A stretch of 62,883 nucleotides of DNA, the filler included, from Choristocarpus tenellus KU-1152 (lineage: Eukaryota > Protista > Phaeophyceae), in the NCBI GenBank assembly GCA_964200185.2. It is 10 parts of 10 records of this genome, joined end to end, with 100 filler letters (N's around TTAATTAATTAA, not from the genome) between each part and the next. Parts side by side here need not be neighbours in the genome. Positions count along the whole stretch, not along the records: positions 51,857 to 56,541 come from CAXNAD020013473.1; positions 56,642 to 59,939 come from CAXNAD020020950.1; positions 60,040 to 62,883 come from CAXNAD020024256.1; 7 more parts are not named here. One strand, given 5' to 3'. The translations under genes and the position numbers were made by a program. Each line of letters begins with the position of its first letter. The first letter of the stretch is position 1. The notes beneath the pieces were generated by a model. That model made no database searches. It was not told where the DNA came from and was given only the letters and a program-made list of their open reading frames with translations. This document shows, one piece after another, positions 52,061-62,883 of the stretch.

Positions 52061-55000
52061 ATTCTAATAAAGCACCGAGACACCATGATGGCCCTCAGTT
52101 GCGAGCAGGGCAATGTTGAAACCACTGACTTCGGAACAGAATACGAGGTACGGAATGGAGGTAGTAGTAGGTACAGTACAATAGACTACAGGAACAGGGT
52201 TTGGCCTGCTCTCAATGTCCGTGCCTAACCAACAGTTGACCAAGGACTCTCTTCAAAGCTTGCTTGTTGAAGGAGGAATCGAACTTCTCCCTAGGTTTGC
52301 CTATCTGTAGTCCCAAGAGACCCTCTTGTATTCCCGTACCAATCCAGGTGTGCTGCCACAACAAGACCATAGTGGGAAGATGTCTCCAGTTGGTTGAAGA
52401 GCAACAAGGTAAGGATGCAGCAATGCGTTTGGGTGGAGAAGGGGAGTAATCAGTGAGGGTACTATCCAGTTCATGTGGTACAAGAAAAAGAACCACATTC
52501 AAATATATCTCATAAGTTCATGGGCATTCAATGGTGCTTGCAGTAGATTACCAATTGTGGTGCTACCACGGCATACATGCTCCAGTTACACTCTACTATT
52601 TGTTTTGTGACCATGCTCCAACCTTCGTGTGACACCTTTCTTACCTCAACCGCTTGGCCACGCCCTCAAATTCAACCTTTGTAGTAGCACACCTGGACAA
52701 TAAACCGACCCCAGAAACATATGCTACGTAAACCCACCCTTTCCTTTTCCTGCCGTAGAAGCTTCACCCCGTGCTTCCCACCTCTGCAAAGTTCATATTC
52801 CCGTCCTTCCCCACAGTTCCCCCTTCAGTACCCTAATGCCCCCATAATTAAAGACCTTTCCCCTCCATACCCCTTCCCGTCCTGACTCTCCCACATGTTC
52901 AGGAATACAGGAATACAAAATTACCAGCCTCCAAATACCAGATGTCAAGCGTCAAGTGCCCCAGTAGATCACAATGACCAACCCTAACACCACCACTCAA
53001 TACAGGCATTCGTACAGCAGACTCAGCATCCAAGACTGAGCTTCCGCCGAACCAGTGGACAGTTTGCATGGCCGATAGTGTGGAGGAGGGAGTTGACTCT
53101 AGACAGCTACCACCAGAGATGTCTCCAGACTTACTACTCCAGCAGGTGGTTGGTTGGTGTGCGCCAAGTAGACTTAACACACATTTCTTGGTGAGGAGAC
53201 AACTGTCTCAGCATGACAAACAGCAGCATATGTCGGAAATCAACCCTAATCCTTATACCATATACGTTCTCCAGCCAACAAAACGCCTTTCTGCTGTTGT
53301 TCTCACTGTGTATCAAGGACACAACCGTGACCAACAGTGTACCATTGATAGGTATAGATATCCAGGGGTACGACCTCAGAACCAAGGCACACTAGCACTT
53401 GTAGGCACCCTCCCCTAAGCTTGAACAGCAAGTGATGCCTAACGTAATCAGTCAGCAAGAACAACCAGTAAAATGTAAAGAATAGGGGCTCAAAGAATCT
53501 GAGGGGGTGGGTGGGGGGAGGTCTACTCCAGGGTGTCCATTCGGGTCCTGGCCTGAAGATGTGCAATTAAACTTTCCATCCAACATATGCAACCAAATCA
53601 CCCGAAAATCGTGACAAAAAAAAAGGACCTTGAATGGACAGCCACCACCACCCCCAGATACTTTGAGCCAGGGTTAGGGTTAGAGAGGTGTAAGCAGTGT
53701 GCAAAACTAGGAGCCGTGCTTATTGTTTATTTGTCTGTCCACCAGATCAGACGAGACCGTTCTTTATAGCACCATTGAGTCAAAGTAAATGAGAGGTATT
53801 CAGAGCTGCATTTTAAGAGATTGAGAAACAGACCTGAAATGCAAAACAGTGAAACCCTGGGTACCTCTTGTCTGCTTTGACTCAATGCTAACACCAACCA
53901 TAGCTTAGACTGCAAGACCTATAGAAACGTTTCAATAGTCCAAGTAACCTGGCGGACAGACACTCATAAGCTCCACTGAAAACGATAAAACGCATTTATT
54001 ATGGCAAAGGGATATGTACAAAACAACTTGAACAGACACGGAAGGCCAGAATCTCCTTCACTCCATGGATCCCCCCTGTAAGCACCACATCATATACAAC
54101 CAGGCTTCACATACCGATCACACACGCAAAAAAAATCAGCCTGTATTCCCCAACCACGCTCCCCAATCCAAGATTGTATCTTCTCCTCCCCGTTTTAAAC
54201 ACCCCCCTTCCCTTGCCCCACTGATAAATCACACATGCAAACTGAAATTTTCCTACTTCTCCAATTGCTGACGATTCTACTTACCAGATCCAGGCCCACC
54301 TCAAGGGTGGTGCAGCTTCCACTTCGTCAGCAGTATCATTAGTAGGTATCCATGGACTTCGGCGTGTCTTTGCAGCCCTAGATGCTGCTGGAGACGGCAA
54401 GTTAGAGAGAGAGGACGTGCAATGGGGTCTACATGAACATGGTGTCAGAATGGACCAGGATCAATTCCAACTCTTGCTCGACCACTTTGACAAAGACGGG
54501 AGTGGAATCATTCGGTGAGACTTAGTGTACTGAGGTGTGGGGGCGTGTTTGTGACGTGACAACTCTGGGGTAACTGGGGTATTCAGTAATCAGTTCAGAA
54601 CTCAGGAACCAGATACGATGCTTGGGGCAGAAATCGACCCCACTTGAGCCAAAGAGTTTCTGCTTCAGGATTCTAGGCACAGCCCTTTCTTTGTTATTCC
54701 CTATCACAAACTTTGGTCCAAGCCCAAGCTCTTCTACCTTGCTTCAGTTTGCTCCATCTCTCTCTCTTTCTGGCACAATATCTGCAGAGGGTAGTGTGAG
54801 GGTGTGGCTACCCTCACTCAAAGATATGGTGCCACTTGGAAGTGTATGTGTCCATATTTTATGCACGCAGGAATATACATACACGTAGAGATATATGACA
54901 AAGTGACTGGCTATGTTTGACACTGGCCTGCATAATCAATGTAACCGAAAAATGTACATTGAATTCTTCGAAGCATTACCCAAACCTCAGATTTTCTTTT

Positions 55001-55619
55001 GAGGTGTGTCCCTTTTGGAAAGGAGAAACTCACCCATCATTAGAGGCGGAAGAGAAGACAAGGAAGTACCAATTTCCGAATCTCAGGTCAAGCACCCAGG
55101 AGCTCCAACTAAAGTTTCCATTTGAAACTTCTGCACAAATGCAACTAGCACAGTAATTGAAATTTAGGGTGATATGTGTACGGGTATCGAACAAAAGGGC
55201 GTTTTTCATGCAAGAGGCTAGACACTGTTTTGGTGGTGGTCCGTCCTAGTCGGCTTGCTTCTTGATGCCGTGCACGCTATCATACATGGCCTGACGGTGC
55301 CAGCAAGTCACAGGGCACTAGCTGCCCCATACACCAACTGGCGAGGATAAAAAGTGGGAATACGGGGAGGCTGAAGCTAATTGTCCGTCCTCCTCTGATG
55401 TGATGGGACCTCGGATCTTCCTCAACCAGGACGGACACTGGCTGCCCTAACAATGCACTTCTCCAATCAATTCACATTTCGCTCTTCCCACTGACTTTCT
55501 TCTTTCACAATGACAGTATCGAAGACTTCCTATCAAGATTGCGCAAGCCCTTGAGCGACAACAGGCAGGATGTAGTGAGGCAGGCATTTAGTGTGCTTGA
55601 CAAGGATGGGACCGGCAAG
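52061..55619 (+). CDS. CFAP161-like domain fused to calcyphosin-like EF-hands, internal fragment; exons 52061-52147, 52348-52408, 53006-53145, 54288-54514, 55517-55619
   Basis: ILIKHRDT..AL...TDFGTEYEVCCH...ELPPNQW (CFAP161-like), then GIHGLRRVF..LDAAGDGKLERED, FDKDGSGIIRIEDFL..LR.PLS..R..VV..AF..LDKDGTG (calcyphosin pattern). Phases are consistent across all junctions. Confidence 0.82.
53487..53669 (+). mobile_element. MITE family A copy in an intron
   Basis: GGCTCAAAGAATCTG...CAGATACTTTGAGCC, immediately followed by AGGGTTAGGGTTAG. Confidence 0.85.
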
Positions 55620-56641
55620 GTGAGGCAAAGGTGTTTAAACCCCCACCTCGCCTTAAAACGGATTTTTCGCCATGAGACCGTTAGAGTGAGCTGGGTTCCT
55701 TATCCTTTTTCCTGTTTATGACCAGTGGGAAGATGTGGAATGATATGCACCTCATCCAGAGTAAAATTTCTAGGTGTAGAAAGGGATTGGTTGGAGAATG
55801 AACTGCTTAATATAATACTCATAGTGGGTTGTTTTCCTACACTGGGACATGTGTGCTTGTTTTCATTTCCCGAGGTGGGGTGCAGAAGCCTCATGGTTGA
55901 ACACAAACACCAAGCACGACTCTCCCCGGTGATGCCAATAGTAATAAATTGGAACAAACTATGAACCTCTATTGTTTACGGTAACCCCAGTCATTTGGCT
56001 TAATATGACTTACAATATATTTTATTCTGGTGTGTGCGTGTGTGTGTCTTTATGTCTGTCAGTCTGTGTGTATACGCTTTGAATTATACATAATTTGATT
56101 TGCACACTGTACCCCCTGCCGCTCAGTTTCATTCTTGCTCCAGGCGTTATTATTCTTACGAAATAGGGGTGGTATTAAGAAGAATAGCAGAAGAGTCTTG
56201 AGGTACCTCTCTCCGAGTACTGAGCACAGTCAGCGGCCTGGAATTAACCCCTTGTGCATATTGTCGTTGCTACTTGATAAAAAAAATGTACTTGAGGTGG
56301 AAGGCAGCGTGTGGGACTGTTACACGGTGAAAGTAGATCACACAGATTGGCTTGTCTTGATTCTAGGAAATGATATAGGACTGCACAAGAGGGCCAACGA
56401 CTAAAACATTTCTTCCAACTTGTATGCACCGGGTACCCTCCCATCAAGATTACATTATTGAAAGGGTGAAGATCATTTTTTTTTCACCTGGGAGTGTCTA
56501 TTGGGTCAAAGTATCTGGGAGTGGGGGGTGGTTTGTGAGGGNNNNNNNNNNNNNNNNNNNNNNNNNNNNNNNNNNNNNNNNNNNNTTAATTAATTAANNN
56601 NNNNNNNNNNNNNNNNNNNNNNNNNNNNNNNNNNNNNNNNN

Positions 56642-57165
56642 ACCATCCTCATAGTCCCGCTCCATCCTCAATTTTGCGAATCCCCTGTTAATAGGAGCAA
56701 GTACTTTTGGCATACGATTAATCTCAGTATCAAAGAAGCGAGAAAGGGCATCGGGTACAACATAGTCTCTGCCTGGTTTATGATGGACTGTAAAGCCAAA
56801 ACATTGGAAATAAATTTCGATTATCATGCGCAGGTTCGAATCCTGCCATCGTCGCCACTGTGAAACAGATGGAAACAAGCTGACAAGTTCTTCGTAATGA
56901 AGGGGAGCGGGAAGACCCACAGGAGGCAAGATCAAAGAGAGAGACCAAGTCAAAAGGGAGAGCAACCCCTCATAAGATCACTCGGGAAAGGAGTGTTCCA
57001 GTGGTAACTGAAAGAGGGGGGTTTTGGCAAGGTCACTCCAAACCACCCGATCTTACTTCAAGCAGATGTTACCTTCAACATGCAAGAACAAATTTCATAT
57101 GAATATCATAATCTTCAAGATAGGTCACCTTCAGGGTATACCTTCTGTGGAAGATGGCTCTCACA
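56642..57165 (-). mobile_element. Internally deleted Gypsy element: LTR 56859-57165, 30-nt tRNA-derived PBS 56828-56857, RNase H C-terminal fragment
   Basis: TGTGA...TCACA LTR. The minus-strand frame FQCFGFTVHHKPGRDYVVPDALSR is the Gypsy RNase H end and directly follows the PBS. Confidence 0.85.
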
Positions 57166-60100
57166 TCTCACCAATTTTTTCTGTCAAACTTTGTATACAA
57201 ATATTCATTTTACACTAATGAATATGTGATTCAGGAATATATAATAAAAATAATAAAATATATAGTAACATGCTTAAATTTCTTGATATATACTATAGTA
57301 CTATTTTATTATTATTATGCCCTCTGACATATTGGAGATGTGTCATATATTGTTTTAACTCCTCTACTCGTGAGAGATGAACAGTTGGCACTCCATCAAT
57401 CCAGACGGTGTCGACCACCTTGAAGTCCTCTCTGATGAACACAACCTCATCACCGATACCGAACTGGCCCCTGTACCTCGAGTGTTCCTGTGACAGGCGA
57501 ATGGTGCGAGCATTTCTTCCCATGATATAGCACAAACAAACATTTGTGACAGACGTATAGTGCGAGGATTGTTTCTCGCGTTCTAACAAGTGCGAACAAT
57601 ATACGATATTAGTAATACATAGGTAGCCTTACAGAACAAATAATGATGATTTGATAGAATATGCAGAGTAAGATGTGAAATTCAAACATAATCTTACAGA
57701 ATAGATGTCAATTCCTGGAAGTTGCGAATAAAGATTTATGATTGGAGTATCTACTTAGCAGTTTGCAGACTTCATTTAACTTTTTGGCTGTAGAAAAATG
57801 GTGGATGGCGCTAATTGAAGACTGATGTGGATCACCATGCCCTCAGTTCTTTTGATGTACCTCTTTCGATAAAGCAAAAAGCGAGACATTGACTAATCTA
57901 AACATCAAGCTGACACCATACATGGTTATCATCAGTGGACCCCCCTTGTAGCGTCGTTTTAAGGTCATTGAATTTGAGTTGCATATCCTGTGGAGGTGAG
58001 TTCTGAGGGACGCCTGTAACATGGAGGTCCTACCGCCTCTCTTCAAACTGGAGGGAATACTCATTGTTAACCTCAACACTAAGGATTCTTTGTAGCTTCC
58101 TACGCCCGCCTGGATTCTTTCCTTTTCCCACTTGGGCTTGTGGCTTTCATTCGTCGTCTACGGGATTCCCTTTTTGGGCTCGCCGTCTTCATGGGTGTGA
58201 GGGCCTCTGTGGCTCTGAAGGAATCGCCCTTCTCTAGCCGTAAAACGAGTGGCCTCTGATCGCCACATCACTCGCCTATAGTCATAAAATTAGTGGTTTT
58301 TGACCACCATGGTATAGACGTTGCCTAGGTAGTTCTTCCTCACCATTTGTACACTCACATTACCGATCTTTTTTTCGTGTATCACACTGTTCTTTTATTT
58401 CACAGGTTCTGCTGGAAATCAGTGATTCGGAGATGTTCCTGTCCAAGGCCAGACTTTGCGAGAACTGTTGCAGCAGTCGTGACGGATCAACGTGTTTATG
58501 TATCGCGTCCACACATCAAAACTTCACCCCTTTCCACGTCGAGCTCATTGAAAACTCTTGTCTGACTTTCTTAGGACACACAGCGGTCCTTTCAGGTGCT
58601 TCGTCTGCAATCGACGTCCCAAGCATCAAAGGAAAGCTCTTACAGGTCCGTTGAGACGGCGTTTGCACTATACGTATTAAGAGTGGGGCATACTACGAGT
58701 GTGTATTTTTTTGTCTTAGGAATGTATACACTCTCTTGTAATGCAAAATAGGTCCCCCAGACTCTCATCGTCTGGTTCTCTCCTGTTCTCCCCTCTACTT
58801 AGACAAAACGAATACCATGGGAGTTAGAGTTTAGGTCGTGAAAGATTAAAAATATCCCGTTGATGGATCACGTGCAATAAAAGGAGAACATCCAATAAAG
58901 ATGTCAGAGAGGAAATAATGTGCAATGAATTACTTCATGTTCGAAAATGACAACTCCAACATAAATGTAGAAAAGGGGGTGATTTCTTTCAGGTATATCC
59001 CAAAGAGCCCAAGCATTCAAGTGTCTTCTCTTAGTGGACTCCTCCTCCAATTGTCATAAAGGAGGACACTCCCTTCCACACAGATCTATCTATTATACGA
59101 AGAGTCCACGCACTAAAATTTTCATCCATATCCTGCCTTGTCCATGTGAGGTCATGTCCCTTGATTCTCTTCTCCCTTCCTGGTGTGACATACACAACTC
59201 CTTGGGCATACATACTTTTGACCTCCTAGAAGATAATGAAAAATTACAGGGCCACAGTTAGGAGGCAAAGAATAGACTTCAATTACTTTTTAACCTTCAG
59301 GCTTACAGAGAGTTTGCCTAGCCACTCTGGAAAGATCTCTGTCAATGCACCAGCATGAGAAAAGTGGTTAGTGCAGCGTCATTATACAATCATCACGTGT
59401 TGAACACAGTTGCAGCTTGAAAGAAGAGTGCCCAAGAGGGCTCCACCCACACCAAACCTATTGAAGTGAATCTACAAGCAGAGAGTTGGACCTCATCTAT
59501 GTATATACAAAAGTCAATCCAGGGCTTCTCAGGTTTCACCATCAACGTGGATTGAACCCTATGAGTTCCCTCAGGTGCGTATGCGTGGTGTTGAAGGAAG
59601 TATTAAATCATTACTTTTCATACAACAAGATGACTATCATCACTTGTCATCCTCAACACTAGTTGAGACCAAGTCAGCTCCTTGTTCCCACAGTACCAAC
59701 TACTTGCAGGCATTAAGGTGACTTGTATATTTTAGATCTTGATGCATGGATGATGATTACATCTGCATCAATACCTCATCTACTAAAAAAATAAGAGAAC
59801 GAACTCTATTCTCAATGGATTTTTTTTATTCATGTCCAGGCTACGCAATATAACGAATATACTGTGGTGACCCAAAGTATCTGGGGAGGGGGGGGGGGGG
59901 GGCTCACCCAGGGGTCCCATTTGGGCCAAAAACGGGAAANNNNNNNNNNNNNNNNNNNNNNNNNNNNNNNNNNNNNNNNNNNNTTAATTAATTAANNNNN
60001 NNNNNNNNNNNNNNNNNNNNNNNNNNNNNNNNNNNNNNNAGAAAGAGAATATTGAGCAGCCAGCCGTTGGGAGTGGGGAATGGTACTTGCGGCGCCAGTG

Positions 60101-60372
60101 GGGTAGGTGGGGGGGGGGGGGGGGGGGGTTTCAGGCAACACTGTCGATAAAACAAACAAGAACGCTTTTTATTGTTCGTCTGTGGTTAACCACACACACA
60201 TACTACATGGTCACCCGAAAATCAAGAAATTGGTTGACAGGGTTGCTAAACGCGGGATAACTATCTAAACTTAGGTTGAATAGGAGGACACAGAGAGATT
60301 TTACAAGAGCTGTAACCCAACAAGAGGAGGAATAGAGCGCCACCATCCCACCAACGTTGACAACTCCCTCAC

Positions 60373-61210
60373 CTGTTTGTACATTTTTTGGATCTCTGCT
60401 AGTGAAACTTCTTTTTTCTTCATCTGTCGCTTGATAGCTTCTTCGAGCTCGTGCTGAAAATATACCTTACTGTACAGCGTGCGCTCAAACACACTCTTGG
60501 TTGCGTCGTTGAATGCTAGAAGCGTGGCGGTGCAGTGGGCGAACGGGACAAGGGGTAGGTGGGACGTGGTCGCGGGACACACACGGCAGGCAGTACTGAG
60601 CAACATGTTGCTGTCGACAGAAAGACCAAGGGGGATAGAAAAGATCAACAACGAAAAGATCAACAATGGACTGACTGACGATGAACCAAACAAAGGAAAC
60701 TCGGCAACAACTTGGTAGATCAGAAGAGTCATCAGGCGATCATGGAACAACGACAACACTCCATCAACCACCGTTGGCAATTAGCCTCTCTTCTGCTTGA
60801 TTGAACTCCATGTAGACCCGCATCATGAAAGCGCGTTTGGGATCAAACTCTCTCTTCAGCACCGTTATTCTATGGTTTCCGTCCAGTGTTCGTCCTTGAA
60901 TGGCAAGCGCAGTTTCGGCGGTGAGCTGGTTCCCGTTGCCTAAGCAGTCTCGTTGGATGATGACAGACGGAGCAAACTGCTCCAGCCAGTCTTTTTCACG
61001 GATGGACTTGCTGACGCGCGCAAGGCCACACTCGCTCAGGGGACGCACCATCTCCGTGCATGTGATGTTGCCGAGTTTCATTTGGTGTGTGCCGAGGTAG
61101 TGATGTTCTAGGAGCGACGACATGCCCTTCAGATTGCTGTACCACAATCTTGATCCGTGGGCAGCGCCATCAGTGGGCGGGTGGGTTGTTGTTGAGCGAA
61201 TGTTGGACAT
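60373..61210 (-). CDS. ParB/Sulfiredoxin-like N-terminal domain protein, 5' part; exons 61210-60772, 60515-60373
   Basis: VRPLSECGLARVSKSIREKDW...APSVII...TLDGNHRITVLK...VY...NQAEERLIANAFND shows the R...SI...P.V...DGxHR layout of ParB/Srx domains. A phase-1 GT-AG intron joins in frame, and a GTGAGG donor follows exon 2. Confidence 0.7.
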
Positions 61211-61549
61211 GGCGAAGATTGGGGGAGTGTTATGGGGATAGATTAGTAAGAGGTGCTGGTGGTATGTACGGAAGGGAAGGAATTGAAATGAGGACTGAGG
61301 GCTGGGAGGTGCTGCTTTATTTCATCTGGTCGGTCGGTCCTCATAACTCATATTTCTCTTTCCGTTGATAATTGTGTTATAAATAATATGAATATCGAAC
61401 AGCATACGATTTCATATTTAAAAGAGATAGTATCAGTTTTTTTGTGACCTTTTCGTTTCGTACGTTTCAAACATATTGGATCAATGAAGTATGTGGTTTG
61501 TATTTTTATTTGTTGATATAAAGATTAGAATATTATTATTATTTCGTAA

Positions 61550-62420
61550 AAACCCTAACGCACGTGTTTTGGCTCTTCAATGGTTTTATTGATCCGAACG
61601 GATCACCGAAACTCAAGAGCCGCTTTATGTCGTCTCTACTATTTTTAAGAATCCTAAAGTCAACAAAAAGCGGTTTTAGTATTTAAATAAATTGTAGGGT
61701 ACCAGTTGAAAGTGACCTTTTAGTTTCTGAACAAATTGAAACGTGTGAGACCTATAAAGTACGTGCTTTGTATTTTCAAAAATTGTAAGAACGGTTATAA
61801 TAGGATTTACTATTTCTAAAAATCCTAATGCACGTGTTTTGGGTCTTCAATGGTTTAGGGTGATCCGAACAGATCACCAAACCTCAAGAGCCACTTTTTT
61901 TCGTCTCTAGTATTTTTAAGAATAGAAATGTCCAACGAGTGAAAGTATCTTAAAGGGTACGGACTTTGGCCTGTTTGTCCATTTGGGGCTTGGCTTCCCA
62001 TGGGTTCTTTTACATTTTCCTACTTCGAAATATTTAGGAGTAGGTAAGGTATGTATGTTACTAAAAGGTGCGTCCAGAACATGGATATTGACACTTCCTC
62101 ACAAACACAATAGCCCAAATTACATTAAAATCGCAACATTGGATTTTGGCCCCCAAATGGACGCGGCTCTACCCTCTAAGATACTCTGGCTCCAACAATT
62201 TAGGATTTTGTACTTAAAACAATTAGAGGGTGTCAGTTTTTTTTTACCTTTTTGTTTCGGAACATTGGAAACGTACAAGATCAAATAAATATGTGCTTTG
62301 TATTTTAAAATTTGTAAGTATGGATATAATCGGATTTACAACTTCCGAAAACCGCAATGCACGTATTTTCCGGATCATGGATCTCAGGGTGGTCCGACGG
62401 ATCGCCCAGAGCTCAAACAC
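61550..62420. repeat. Three diverged direct repeats, each with a hairpin core (about 61550-61625, 61820-61893, 62347-62420)
   Basis: CTAA.GCACGTGTTTTGG.TCTTCAATGGTTT...TGATCCGAAC.GATCACC.AA.CTCAAGAGCC, with ~270-bp period between the first two; the third copy is more diverged. Confidence 0.85.
61937..62192 (+). mobile_element. MITE family B, full-length copy, 4-bp TSD CAAC
   Basis: caac|GAGTGAAAGTATCTTAAAGGGTAC...TACCCTCTAAGATACTCTGGCTC|caac; 256 bp. Confidence 0.88.
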
Positions 62421-62498
62421 CATTCATACGCCCGGCTTCGAATTTCATCACTCCTAGACCTTCTCACTGCCCAAGATCGCCTGTTGCCCGAAAACACC

Positions 62499-62834
62499 AT
62501 GACAGTTGCTCCCACAGCAAGAGGATGGCTTTTGTTGCCTGCGTCACCCCCTGTGTTGCCCCCTCATCAGCCCGCCAACAACGATGCGCTGGAGCTTTCT
62601 ACCAATGGTGCTTCAGCGACCGGCGCGAAACTTCGCCGAGGATGGGCTCAACCCATCCCAGTCAACGAACAGGGTGACTGCTGCAAGCACTTAGCCTGTG
62701 TGAAGAAGTTCGCGACAGATAGCGAGTCCTTCCTTGCATGCACGTTGGCCAAAGAGCAGGACATCATCCGGGCGTGTGAGAACCGCCGCGATCACATGCA
62801 CTTCGTTGGTGACCGTGTACCTGTCATTAACTAG
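62499..62834 (+). CDS. Hypothetical Cys-containing ORF (MTVAPTARGW...DCCKHLACVKKF...), cut by a family B fragment at 62833
   Basis: GC-richer open frame following the AT-rich spacer. It ends where reverse-complement family B internal sequence begins. Confidence 0.4.
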   Translation: MTVAPTARGWLLLPASPPVLPPHQPANNDALELSTNGASATGAKLRRGWAQPIPVNEQGDCCKHLACVKKFATDSESFLACTLAKEQDIIRACENRRDHMHFVGDRVPVIN

Positions 62835-62883
62835 TGTCAATATCCTTGTTCCGGACACACCTACTCATAGCATACACATTTTA

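Noticed and set aside
48974-55619. Ciliary gene cluster (CFAP69 next to the CFAP161/EF-hand gene)
   Set aside because: An artificial spacer at 51757-51856 separates them, so adjacency is unsupported.
56828-56857. tRNA gene
   Set aside because: Only the T-arm, 3' acceptor strand and encoded CCA are present, with no 5' half. Its position beside an LTR marks it as primer-derived.
47947-57165. One full-length LTR retrotransposon carrying CFAP69 and EF-hand genes between two LTRs
   Set aside because: The LTRs lie on different contigs separated by three artificial spacers, and each has its own PBS, so both are 5' LTRs of separate insertions.
57293-59700. Several 60-100 aa ORFs
   Set aside because: No motifs or consistent splice structure could be established.

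Overview
Eukaryotic, intron-rich, repeat-rich nuclear DNA. The most likely source is a flagellated photosynthetic stramenopile (ochrophyte or brown-alga-like). That inference rests on a bipartite plastid-targeting peptide, two ciliary genes and interstitial TTAGGG repeats. The window is not one continuous locus: nine 100-bp spacers (44 N + TTAATTAATTAA + 44 N) join ten contigs, and several genes are cut at these joins. Genes assembled by hand from splice sites: a complete plastid-targeted WCGPC thioredoxin (Trx z-like), a 5' SDR fragment, a phosphoglycerate-mutase-family histidine phosphatase, a PLAA/Doa1 fragment, an orphan-domain 3' fragment, a secreted alpha carbonic anhydrase (5' part), CFAP69 (3' part), a CFAP161-like/EF-hand fusion fragment and a spliced ParB/Srx-domain gene. 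Mobile DNA: Copia and Gypsy remnants, two copies of a ~310-bp Gypsy LTR with a tRNA-Ser primer-binding site, a CRE-type non-LTR endonuclease remnant, a probable hAT remnant, two related MITE families sharing an AAAGTATCT terminal motif, and a 77-bp minisatellite. Best leads: (1) the ParB/Srx gene facing away from a Cys-rich ORF across a spacer with three hairpin repeats; (2) an LTR element whose PBS has become a 30-nt tRNA-Ser 3' copy fused directly to the RNase H coding end; (3) a Sola-like MITE pair. All protein identifications come from motif recognition; no database searches were run.
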